Both the position numbers and the translations under genes were made by a program. This document shows positions 24,174-33,900 of a DNA stretch of 64,000 nucleotides, one piece after another (within the stretch, counting starts at the first letter, position 1; every line of letters starts with the position of its first letter). The stretch is taken from the NCBI GenBank assembly GCA_002104905.1, contig MCFE01000032.1, forward strand, positions 62,001 through 126,000, in the 5' to 3' direction. Origin of the DNA: Basidiobolus meristosporus CBS 931.73 (taxonomy: Eukaryota > Fungi > Basidiobolomycota). The notes beneath the pieces were generated by a model. The model made no database searches. It was not told the origin of the DNA and was given only the letters and a program-made list of their open reading frames with translations.

Positions 24174-25056
24174 TTACTCTTCAAAATGCTCCAGACACAT
24201 TTCTCTCAGCGGATGTCTTCTTGTATGAACATACTGTGCATTAACAAGTATCTTAACTATTTTACCTATTCTGCTGTTTTCTCCTATATATGACTTTCCT
24301 CTGTGTTTACCTGCCAATATGCTGAATCTCTTCAGATATCCAAATGTGTGCTCTACCTTCACTCTGAAATGATTAAATATCTCATTGTAGAGCTTCTGCT
24401 TCCTGCTAAGCACACCATTCCTTGGCTTCCTATAAGCTGTAATACATCCTAATCTCTGACAATTGTCTCCTATATAGGCTAAGTCTGCCATACATTTCTC
24501 CCCTCTACTGAATTCAGGATGATTCTCTACCAAGAGTGCTTTGTCATGCCTACTTCCAGCAAATGGCCCACTAAACCAGATGATGTTTCCCTTAATGTCA
24601 GACAGTGCTTGAAACTTCACACTGTGTGCCTTGTACCTGCCAGAATAAAAGTGCCTCTGCCCTCTAGAAGGTTGGTTAATCCTCACTGGGAAGGTATCCA
24701 AAATACTCCTTATATGGAACCTCTTGCTGAACACTCTGGGATATGGAAGTCTATTGGAGCTTCTGAACCAAGTATTCCAAGCTTGCTCTAAGTCAATCAT
24801 ACCCTCTGCAAGGTGGTTCTCCATTGCTGTCAGCTGGGAATGAAAGCTTCTAGGACTTTTGTTGCCATGGATGGTGGGATGAAACCTTGTAGGGCAATAG
24901 TTCTTGTAATAGCAGAGAAGCTTGACAAGGGATCTCCTTGAGTAGATTGGGGTTGATGGTCCACAGTACTTGGAATAGATCTCCTCTAGTGTCAAAAGGA
25001 AATCCAGTGGTAGTGATGGGATTGATGAGAAAAGACCATTCAGATGAGTAAGTAAT
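24174..25056 (-). pseudogene. Transposase of PHIS copy 3 (start codon ATT, 2-bp deletion near the 5' end)
   Basis: ATT at 25054-25056 replaces ATG. CTCTAGTGTCAAAAGG here versus CTCTAGTGTGTCAAAAGG in copy 2. Confidence 0.8.
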
Positions 25057-25415
25057 ATTAAAATTGGTGGATGATTGTATAAAGGCGGTTTGAATTGATT
25101 TGGCGCAATCCACGTTATTTATCTGATTTTTAATACATTATGGTTAAATCTCCATCAATTACCATGTATCCCATCATTATGTCGCAAAAATCATCCGCAA
25201 ACAATGCCTTGGTACTTTTATTGATGCTTTAATCATAGGTCTGTAATCAAATAGGAAATCTGCGATTGATGTGATCTGATCCGTTTCAACGCAATCCAAG
25301 ATGCATCTTGCATAATATATGGAAAATTCAACAATCACGTTAGTTTTCATATATATTTCATATAAGACCAGGTTGATGGCAACATACTGCTGTATAAGTA
25401 TCCAAATCCATTGCT

Positions 25416-26639
25416 ATGGTCCCCATACCAAGCCTCAACTCATCTTTACTACAACCCAGACAAAACCCATCCCCCAGCTCACAAGCATGGTCCGGACCGG
25501 AAAAGTCAATGTTGGACCCGTTCAAGTTCTTGCCAAATGATTTTAGTATGGCCCAAGTGTCTATGATGAGCCTTCATACAGATATTTGGGCACTACTGAT
25601 TAATCTAGCAGAACTAGATACCTCAGAGAGTCAACAAAGATGGCAGAATTTGAGTAGAAAGCTGTGGCATGAGTTCTACATCAAGATGCCAGCCAATGTA
25701 TGTAAAAAGATATATAACAAGACAAGTATTGAAATCAAGAATGAGCTGAGAGTGAGGGGATTTGACAAAGAAGCCGCGCGGGAGCAATTTCATGCGCAAT
25801 TTGCACAGTACAGGCTGGACGCGTCTGTTCATGCCTCAACTTTGGGAACCAAAGAGATTTTGAATGAGTTTTTGCCTCTAATGACTAATGTACTACGTGA
25901 TATATTAGTAGAGCTAAGTGGCTTCCAAGAGCAATATACACAGGACTCATCCAGGCAACAGCTCCAAAGTATCAGACAGAGGGTAAGTGAATACCTTGAG
26001 GAATCAGATGGTGAGCTTCAGGAGGAAGAATACAGACCGCAAGCAACATCATCCAGATTGCACCAGCATGCCTTCCTGGATTCCCTGCCATCTCTTGCAA
26101 CCACAGAGTGCCGGCGCACGTCAGTCCAGAGTACGCCAACAACCTTTACCAGAATGCCCAGCATCAAGTCAACGCACATTGGGTCAATGCGTGCACTTCA
26201 GAGCAAAACTATGAGAACTTGCCAAACTGCTCATTTAGACACAAGTCCATTGGAGCAGACCAAGTTGCGTCAACTTGCAGCATCACATCAAACTCAGCCA
26301 AGGGCCATCTCAACACGTCAAGGCATGCCTGCACGTGCCGTTTTGCCTGACCATCAGCAAGTTACTTCTGGTGAACCGACTGATGATGACCAACATGAAG
26401 TGCCTCAACCACCGGAGCCCTTGGCAAGCAAAAGAACGCGTCAGCACATGGCACTACAGGCTGGTTCAGTTGGTTCAGTTGGAGCAATTCAGCGCGGCCA
26501 AGCTGTAGCATCACACTCATCAACTAGGAGGCAAAATACTGACTACAAATACACAAGTAGCCAAGATGATAGTCAGCCAGGAAGTAGCATAGGTATGCAA
26601 AGTGAGTCACTACCAAATGCTTCAGTAGTAATCCTGTGA
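25416..26639 (+). CDS. PHIS ORF2, Myb/SANT-like, longest copy (407 aa; C-terminal frameshift removes RKKPRRR)
   Basis: Reads through the codon that is TGA in copies 1 and 2, and ends VVIL* instead of VVIPVRKKPRRR*. Confidence 0.72.
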   Translation: MVPIPSLNSSLLQPRQNPSPSSQAWSGPEKSMLDPFKFLPNDFSMAQVSMMSLHTDIWALLINLAELDTSESQQRWQNLSRKLWHEFYIKMPANVCKKIYNKTSIEIKNELRVRGFDKEAAREQFHAQFAQYRLDASVHASTLGTKEILNEFLPLMTNVLRDILVELSGFQEQYTQDSSRQQLQSIRQRVSEYLEESDGELQEEEYRPQATSSRLHQHAFLDSLPSLATTECRRTSVQSTPTTFTRMPSIKSTHIGSMRALQSKTMRTCQTAHLDTSPLEQTKLRQLAASHQTQPRAISTRQGMPARAVLPDHQQVTSGEPTDDDQHEVPQPPEPLASKRTRQHMALQAGSVGSVGAIQRGQAVASHSSTRRQNTDYKYTSSQDDSQPGSSIGMQSESLPNASVVIL

Positions 26640-27271
26640 GAAAAAACCCAGGAGAAGATAATGCAATCACTTTGAATCGCTCAAATTTGTAATGATCCTG
26701 ACAACCCATTATTTTTGCAATCCAAATCAAGCCATTGCAAATCAGTGATCATCAAATTTTTGATATAAGTAATATCAAGGTCGTCTCACATTTGAGACAG
26801 AACCCCTATAAATAAACACCCTGCATATATATACATCATCTGTAATACCAGTGCAGCTATTGGATCTGTTTTGCACCTACACAATTGCTCACGTGATGGC
26901 TATGATACCTTGTCCAATCACTAGGATCAGGGATTTACTTGCTCAATGAGCAAAATGGGATATTTGATGGCAAATCAGGTAGCTTTTTTAGTAGTCAATG
27001 AGCCAATTGGGGGCTGCCAGCTTCAGGATACTTTTGGACCAATTAACCACTGAGATACCGTCCAATTGGAGTAAGGGTAACCAAAATGGTAAGTATTAGT
27101 GTAGTTTATAGTGTGATACACATTTATTTCCATTTACATTAAAGAAACATATCCAAATACTGGATTTTACCTGCCATAATAGCGGTATCCAATTGTGCAT
27201 GTGATGCAAACATTACAAGTTGGCACGATCATCCATGCCAACCTCATTGTGTCAGATTGTGCCATAGTGTG

Positions 27272-27968
27272 TGTTGTGCATCAACATTTAAAACTTAGCC
27301 AATTTTACTCCGTTTGAAAATCTAGTACCCTAACTGATTTTCCCTAACCCAAACATAACAAATCCCAGTTACAGTTTATTTTATCCCACCTCAGAATCTA
27401 TTTTTAGCGATCACACCTGATCTATTTTCAAATGGTCATTACGTTATCAACCTATCTGCCAAGCCTTCCCAGGTGATTAGTCATCTGAGATCTATCCAAC
27501 CATGGTGCAGTTGCCAAGACATCAGTTGATTGATGATGTAATTTTCATTTATATTATGCACCTATGAACACCCAAATTGATTTCAATCAATCCAGTCCCT
27601 TGGCGCTTACTAATTCAACTTGATCAGAAAAGTATAAATAAAGTTTACTGAACCTTTTGGTTTAGTGTGTGTCTCAACAAAATTAAGATTCTGTCTCAGC
27701 AAAAATAAGAATCCAACAATTCCGTTCCAGTTTCTATCCAAGCCTAGTATATCTAGCACTCCAAAGAACACCAAGCCTAGCCTACCTAGCAAACAAATAT
27801 CATTGCCTTTATAGCCAACCCAGCTATATCCAAGACCAATATTAGATCAGAATCTTTCTGCTAATATTTCCGCCACTCTCTGACAATTCTAAGATTCTGC
27901 ACTTAATTGTCCCTTTGGTTCAGTTAAACCATTCAAGAGCTTTATTACACTTTCTCTTGGATACAACA
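27272..27968 (+). repeat. 5' LTR
   Basis: TGTTGT...ACAACA; 8 substitutions versus the 3' LTR by manual alignment; TATAAATA at 27633. Confidence 0.95.
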
Positions 27969-28008
27969 TTTTTTTTGTTGAATTCCGTTACATTCAGCCA
28001 ATTAGAAG

Positions 28009-29409
28009 ATGTCCTCAGCAGCAAGCAATCCAAACCTTTCCATGTTGGAAGAAGCCAGAAGAAATCAGGAAGAACTTACTGAACAGCTTGAAAACATCAT
28101 GCTTGAAAGAAATACCATGATGCTTGAGCACTCAAAGCTTGCCAAAACAAGATCTGATAATCACCGTAGAGATGAACTCCTTGAAGTTATATCCGGTTAC
28201 CAAGATGAAATTGGAATAATTAAGGAAGCACTGGAGAATATTGCCATAGTAATTGACAGCATTGAAAATCCACCAAGCCTTGCTCTGCATCAGCCACCAA
28301 GAAGTCATGCCTTTGAATCCTCCAGATCTACATCTCCTTCTAGACCTGCCCCGGTGGTTGTCCCAAGATCCTTGCCTGTTTATGCTGAAGGCACCAATGC
28401 TATCAAGAATCCAACTGAGTTTCTTTACAAGCTTAGTCACGTCTTAGCTGCACACCAGCTAGACCCTGACACCAACTGGGCTAGACTTCTGCCTCTCTGT
28501 CTCACAATGCAAGATGCTGACTGGGTTGAAGTGAACATTCCTTCCAATAGTACGTGGAAAATTGCCCAAAACCTCTTTTGCAGCCATTTTGAAGATCCTC
28601 TCAAGAAAGCACATTTGAACTGCGACTTATGGAAAACTAAAATGCAAAAAGGTGAATCTGTGCAACACTTCTGTGATAGATTCCAAAGACAAATGAGATT
28701 AGCTGGAGTTAGTGATGATAATCCATCGCTTACTGCTCATTTTCTTTCAAACTTTTCACACCAGCTACAGAGCAATATTGCTATTGTCAAAGCATGCAAC
28801 CCTGCACGTACCTATGACCAGATCTCAGAGATATGTACACTGGCAATCACCTTGACTGCAGCTGTTAGCCAGACTTCAGGCAGCTCAACCCAATATCCCA
28901 CAATAGCCGGAAAAGAGACCAGTCATATGACCAAGAAGCAGTCAACTGCTACTAAGCACTGTGAGCTTCATGGAAAATGCTATCATTCTACCAGTGAATG
29001 CAAAGGCATCACCAAGCAGTCAAACAAGTCAGGAAACACCGCAGAAAAGCAGCAAAACACCAAAACTGATAATCCATATGCAGATGACAAGTGCTTTAAA
29101 TGTGGAAATAGGGGACATAGATCACCTGCCTGTCCTGAGAAGAACTCCACACCATCAGCCAAAATTACCCAGATCCTTGATGATCATTCAGCCAATGATA
29201 CAAAGGGGTATGAAGAAGCATATGAAGAACTTACAGTTCAAGATTATCACAACCTCTTTGAGTTTCCGGCTAAAATTGCAACTGTTCAAGAAAAGAAGCA
29301 ACCAATCACACAGCTCAAAGCCATAGAAGTGCCACTCACCCTCAATGGCCAATCATACGTAGCACTACTGGATACTGGATCATCCAACTCTATTGTATCC
29401 CCAATGTAG
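28009..29409 (+). CDS. Gag plus start of aspartic protease
   Basis: Retrotransposon gag core (KMQKGESVQHFCDRF), CELHGKCYHSTSEC, CCHC knuckle CFKCGNRGHRSPAC, protease LLDTGS. The frame breaks just after. Confidence 0.9.
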   Translation: MSSAASNPNLSMLEEARRNQEELTEQLENIMLERNTMMLEHSKLAKTRSDNHRRDELLEVISGYQDEIGIIKEALENIAIVIDSIENPPSLALHQPPRSHAFESSRSTSPSRPAPVVVPRSLPVYAEGTNAIKNPTEFLYKLSHVLAAHQLDPDTNWARLLPLCLTMQDADWVEVNIPSNSTWKIAQNLFCSHFEDPLKKAHLNCDLWKTKMQKGESVQHFCDRFQRQMRLAGVSDDNPSLTAHFLSNFSHQLQSNIAIVKACNPARTYDQISEICTLAITLTAAVSQTSGSSTQYPTIAGKETSHMTKKQSTATKHCELHGKCYHSTSECKGITKQSNKSGNTAEKQQNTKTDNPYADDKCFKCGNRGHRSPACPEKNSTPSAKITQILDDHSANDTKGYEEAYEELTVQDYHNLFEFPAKIATVQEKKQPITQLKAIEVPLTLNGQSYVALLDTGSSNSIVSPM

Positions 29410-29423
29410 TCAGAGAACTCAAT

Positions 29424-31052
29424 TTGGAGATAGAAAAACGACCAGGAAAAATCATTCTTGCAGCTAAGGATCTCTCAGCCCCAAGAATTGGCATTACCAA
29501 CCCAATCAACATACATTGTGGCTCAGTAACCATAATCCATCAGATGGAAGTGATTGACATACCAGATGGACCTCAGGTAGTCATTGGTCTGGACACCTTC
29601 ACCAAACTTGGCTTTCACATAGGCGGACTACCGGTTTCCTATCCAGGAATCACTAAATCTCAGCCGCTCATAATGGATCAAATCCCAGAGATTATCTCAT
29701 CCCAACCGGAAGAAGAAGAGTTAACCCCAACTTTTCAAGAATATTCTCAATCAGTCAAATTGGATATTCAGCCGGCCATAGAGAGAAATCAGGCCATTCC
29801 AAGGAACAGCTTCTGCACCATCCTAGAATCCATTGTTACACTAGAGACGCCACCTGGTGAGTCAACATGGAGGAGGCAATACCCAATTCCGCATTCATGT
29901 CAACACTTAGTTGATGAGATAGTCCAAAAATGGGCTGACAATGGAATTATCACTCAAGCCCCTGTCAACACAACATTCAACAGCCCTTTGACGCTTGCAC
30001 CAAAGAAAGATGCTGATGGAAACCTAACCCTGAAGAGACCCTGTTTGGACCCCAGACCTCTGAACAAGCTTCTCCAAGATGACAAGTTTCCAATTCCAAG
30101 AATCCAAGATATCTTTTCCGCACTATCAGGAGCAAAAGTATTCTCCAAGTTGGACTTGAAGGATGCATATCACCGATTCCAGATCCATCCTGATCATCAG
30201 CATAAGACTGCCTTTACTTGGAATAATATGCAATGGATGTTTCAGGGAGCTCCCTTTGGCCTAAAGACACTTACCAGCAAGTTCCAGAGAGTCATGACTA
30301 TAATACTCAAGAATGCACCATACGCATTGGTATTTGTTGATGATGTCATTATATTTTCCACTAACCGTGATTATCATGCAACCCATGTCACTGATGTAAT
30401 CAACAGACTGACAACTGCTGGACTGATTCTCAATGCTGAAAAGTGCAGTTTTGCCCGCCTCAAAATCAATCTACTTGGATTTATAGTCACACCAGCTGGC
30501 CACCAATTAGATCCTTTCAAACTGGTCAATATCCCAGAATGGCCAAAACCCACTAGCGCCAAGAAACTTCAACATTATCTTGGAGTATTCAACTATTTCA
30601 GGGAACACATACCACTCATATCCTCATTGAGTGCCCCTTTAGATGCATTACGCCATAGCCCTGATCTCACCTCAGCCTGGAACAAGACTCATGACCAAGC
30701 CTTTGAGTCACTCTGCCAACTGCTTCCACAAGCACCCACCTTATCCTACCCAGACTTTACTAAGCCCTTTGTTGTTGCTACAGATGCATCTAATGTTGGG
30801 TTAGGGGCAGTCCTCTATCAAGATGAAGACCAAAATCCGCCTCACTGGATCTCTTTCCAAGCCAGGTCCCTACAACCTGCTGAGAGAAACTACTCTGCTA
30901 CCAAGAAGGAGCTACTTGCCATATTCTTTGCCTTGAAGAAGTTTCATCAGTATCTATGGGGTAATCCTTTTACCTTGTACACTGACCACCGAGCCCTTGT
31001 CTATATCCACACTCAGAAGACTCTGACTCCAATGCTTACCAACTGGACTTGA
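29424..31052 (+). CDS. Pol fragment: protease C-terminus, RT, RNase H
   Basis: FSKLDLKDAYH, APFGL, FVDDVII, VVATDASNVGLGAVL, YSATKKELLA, LYTDHRAL. Confidence 0.92.
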   Translation: MEIEKRPGKIILAAKDLSAPRIGITNPINIHCGSVTIIHQMEVIDIPDGPQVVIGLDTFTKLGFHIGGLPVSYPGITKSQPLIMDQIPEIISSQPEEEELTPTFQEYSQSVKLDIQPAIERNQAIPRNSFCTILESIVTLETPPGESTWRRQYPIPHSCQHLVDEIVQKWADNGIITQAPVNTTFNSPLTLAPKKDADGNLTLKRPCLDPRPLNKLLQDDKFPIPRIQDIFSALSGAKVFSKLDLKDAYHRFQIHPDHQHKTAFTWNNMQWMFQGAPFGLKTLTSKFQRVMTIILKNAPYALVFVDDVIIFSTNRDYHATHVTDVINRLTTAGLILNAEKCSFARLKINLLGFIVTPAGHQLDPFKLVNIPEWPKPTSAKKLQHYLGVFNYFREHIPLISSLSAPLDALRHSPDLTSAWNKTHDQAFESLCQLLPQAPTLSYPDFTKPFVVATDASNVGLGAVLYQDEDQNPPHWISFQARSLQPAERNYSATKKELLAIFFALKKFHQYLWGNPFTLYTDHRALVYIHTQKTLTPMLTNWT

Positions 31053-31261
31053 TACTCTACTTGATTATGAATATACAGTTATTCATCGCCCAGGAATTCT
31101 GAACATCCTTCCTGACCACCTGTCAAGACTTTTTCCAACTTCACCTTGGGAGGGACATGTGATTACTGATGTAATCAGTAAACTCTCTACAACTTCCAAA
31201 AGTAATTCCTCAACTGGATTCAGCAACTTGGAAAATCCCACCTGAAGAACAAAGGAAAACA

Positions 31262-32494
31262 TTGATACAGAGGAGTCATTTACTTGGCCACTTTGGAGCT
31301 GACACACTTATGAGGAAGCTACACTCTGATGGATATCACTGGCCAAATATCAAAGTTGACTGCTTAGAATTTGTCAAGTCGTGCAGAGAATGTCAACTTT
31401 ACAATATCAGCCGCCATGGATTTCACCCTTTGAGCCCCATCCATGCAAGCCTTCCTATGGATCATATTGCAATTGATCTAGCTGGACCTTTCACCACTAG
31501 TGATGATGGTAATCACTACCTCTTTGTAATTGTGGATGTCTGCACACGTTTTGTCTTCCTCAAAGCTATCCCAGACAAGTATGCTGCCACTATTGCACAA
31601 GAACTATTCAAGCTCTTCTGCCTTTTTGGATTCCCTAAGGTCATTCAATCGGATAATGGAACAGAATTTGTGAATCACGTGATCAAAGCCCTTTGCCAGA
31701 ATAGCGCCATTGATCACCGTCTGATCACTCCATATCATCCCAAAGCTAATGGACTGGCTGAAAGACATGTTCAGACCTCAGTGAACATCATCAGGAAATC
31801 TATCAAAGGTATCAAGAAGAATTGGGACAAGTACATTCCAACTGTACAATATGCTATCAACACCAAAATTGCCGCTCTACATGGATCAACACCATTTTCC
31901 TTGATGTTTGGAAGAAGATACAACCACTTTGGAGACTACCAGAATACAGAGTTAGCAAGTTTGAATACAGATAAGCTAAAGAACCGGCTTGAGTACCTTA
32001 CCAACATTGTCTACCCTGCTATCAGTGCCAGAAGTAAGGCCTCTCAGCAAAAGATGACTTCAACGTACGCCTCAAGACACAGGAACAGCAGCTTCCCAGA
32101 TGGGTCATATGTCATGACACTAGATCCAATCCGGCAATCTAAGCTTGACCCCAAGTATGAAGGACCATTCAAGGTTGTCAGACGCACTACTGGAGGATCT
32201 TATGTACTTCAGGATAACACTGGAGCACTGCTACCCAAAAACTTTCCACCTTCTTCACTCAAACTTATTTCTCAAGACCCAGTAACTTCGGAATCCTATG
32301 AAGTTGAAGCTATTGTGGACCATGATGGAGAAGAACCAAATTGCCTTTATTTAGTCAAGTGGAAAGGCTATGATGCCAAACACAACACCTGGGAACCTTA
32401 CACCAACTTTGATGATGTTGCCATTATTGATCAGTATTGGAGCCGCAGAGGAACCCAGAAGGTATCAAAAAACTCCTCTTCCGGAAGGAAGTGA
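31262..32494 (+). CDS. Pol fragment: integrase with GPF motif and chromodomain
   Basis: HLLGHFG..CRECQ, IAIDLAGP, QSDNGTEF, NGLAER, YEGPFKV, YEVEAIVDH..YLVKWKGY..NTWEP. Confidence 0.93.
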   Translation: MIQRSHLLGHFGADTLMRKLHSDGYHWPNIKVDCLEFVKSCRECQLYNISRHGFHPLSPIHASLPMDHIAIDLAGPFTTSDDGNHYLFVIVDVCTRFVFLKAIPDKYAATIAQELFKLFCLFGFPKVIQSDNGTEFVNHVIKALCQNSAIDHRLITPYHPKANGLAERHVQTSVNIIRKSIKGIKKNWDKYIPTVQYAINTKIAALHGSTPFSLMFGRRYNHFGDYQNTELASLNTDKLKNRLEYLTNIVYPAISARSKASQQKMTSTYASRHRNSSFPDGSYVMTLDPIRQSKLDPKYEGPFKVVRRTTGGSYVLQDNTGALLPKNFPPSSLKLISQDPVTSESYEVEAIVDHDGEEPNCLYLVKWKGYDAKHNTWEPYTNFDDVAIIDQYWSRRGTQKVSKNSSSGRK

Positions 32495-33191
32495 TGTTGT
32501 GCATCAACATTTAAAACTTAGCCAATTTTACTCCGTTTGAAAATCTAGTACCCTAACTGATTTTCCCTAACCCAAACATAACAAATCCCAGTTACAGTTT
32601 ATTTTATCCCACCTCAGAATCTATTTTTAGCTATCACACCTGATCTATTTTCAAATGGTCATTACGTTATCAACCTATCTGCCAAGCCTTCCCAGGTGAT
32701 TAGTCATCTGAGATCTATCCAACCACTGTGCAGTTGCCAAGACATCAGTTGATTGATGATGTAATTTTCATTTATCTTATGCACCTATGAACACCCAAAT
32801 TGATTTCAATCAATCCAGTCCCTTGGCGCTTACTAATTCAACTTGATCAGAAAAGTATAAATAAAGTTTACTGAACCTTTTGGTTTAGTGTGTGTCTCAA
32901 CGAAATTAAGATTCTGTCTCAGCAAAAATAAGAATCCAACAATTCCGTTCTAGTTTCTATCCAAGCCTAGTATATCTAGCACTCCAAAGAACACCAAGCC
33001 TAGCCTGCCTAGCAAACAAATATCATTGCCTTTATAGCCAACCCAGCTATATCCAAGACCAATATTAGATCAGAATCTTTCTGCTAATATTTCCGCCACT
33101 CTCTGACAATTCTAAGATTCTGCACTTAATTGTCCCTTTGGTTCAGTTAAACCATTCAAGAGTTTTATTACACTTTCTCTTGGATACAACA
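32495..33191 (+). repeat. 3' LTR
   Basis: Near-identical to 27272-27968. Confidence 0.95.
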
Positions 33192-33431
33192 ACAACTCAC
33201 CTCAGATGTACTCAGATTCTCACTTCTAGCCTGCTTCAGGAAACCTCTCTCAGACCTAGCTAACTAGGAAATATAGTACTACTCAGCTTCTCAACTCTCA
33301 GACTGCTTACCAGGAAGATATCTCTCAGACCTAGCTTTCTAGGAATTACTTCAGATTACATGGCTTCTTTGGATACTTGTCATAAGTAAACTAAAGATTT
33401 CACCACTTGGTGACTTTCCTCCCCCCTAACC

Positions 33432-33900
33432 ACTCTAAAGCTCTAGAAGAAGATTCCTTTCAGCCCTGATACTCCTCCTACTGCCAACTGGCTGTTTGCT
33501 ATTTCAGAATGCAGATATCTCCCAATATCAGAACAAAGAAACTACCTCAAGGACCTAGGTATTCACATGCCTAAGATTATTAACATTCAGTACATTGCCA
33601 GGATCTCTTGGAAGTTATTCTTGACAAGATATTGTTGAAGATTTACAGAACAAGTCAAAATATGCTGATTGGAGCTCTCAGACATATATTCAGAATGCAG
33701 TCTGACATTCCTACTACTTTGTGACCATCTCTCTGAAGACTCACTCAGAAAGATGTTACCATGCTTCTGACTGCTCCTTACTTCAATCAACTTAAGCAAT
33801 TCTGACAGTGATCTGAAGCCTCTGACACACTTCCTCTAGCACAGTTTGATATGAGTGCATACTTACTGTCTACAAGCTACAAGTCAGAGTTTACTACTTG
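33432..33900 (+). pseudogene. Decayed ORF1-like unit, homologue of 35985-36632
   Basis: Frameshifted ANWAVCYF / PISEQRNYLK / KIINIQY / THFL / SAYLL match TDWAVCYF / PISEHRMYLK / KIVNMRF / THFL / QAYLL. Confidence 0.65.

Larger units (their letters stand above)
23991..27271 (-). mobile_element. PHIS copy 3, right end truncated by the gypsy LTR
   Basis: Left TIR at 23991 preceded by ATT. Colinear with copy 1 up to GCCATAGTGTG at 27271; right TIR missing. Confidence 0.9.
27272..33191 (+). mobile_element. Ty3/gypsy chromovirus-type LTR retrotransposon, full length
   Basis: Two 697-bp TG...CA LTRs, gag-PR-RT-RH-IN-chromodomain order, purine tract GGAAGGAAGTGA before the 3' LTR. Confidence 0.96.

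Noticed and set aside
27969-27990. tRNA primer-binding site
   Set aside because: No TGG complementary to the tRNA CCA end follows the LTR.
29395-29424. Programmed -1 frameshift between gag and pol
   Set aside because: It falls inside the protease after DTG, has no canonical slippery heptamer, and a 1-bp loss explains it.
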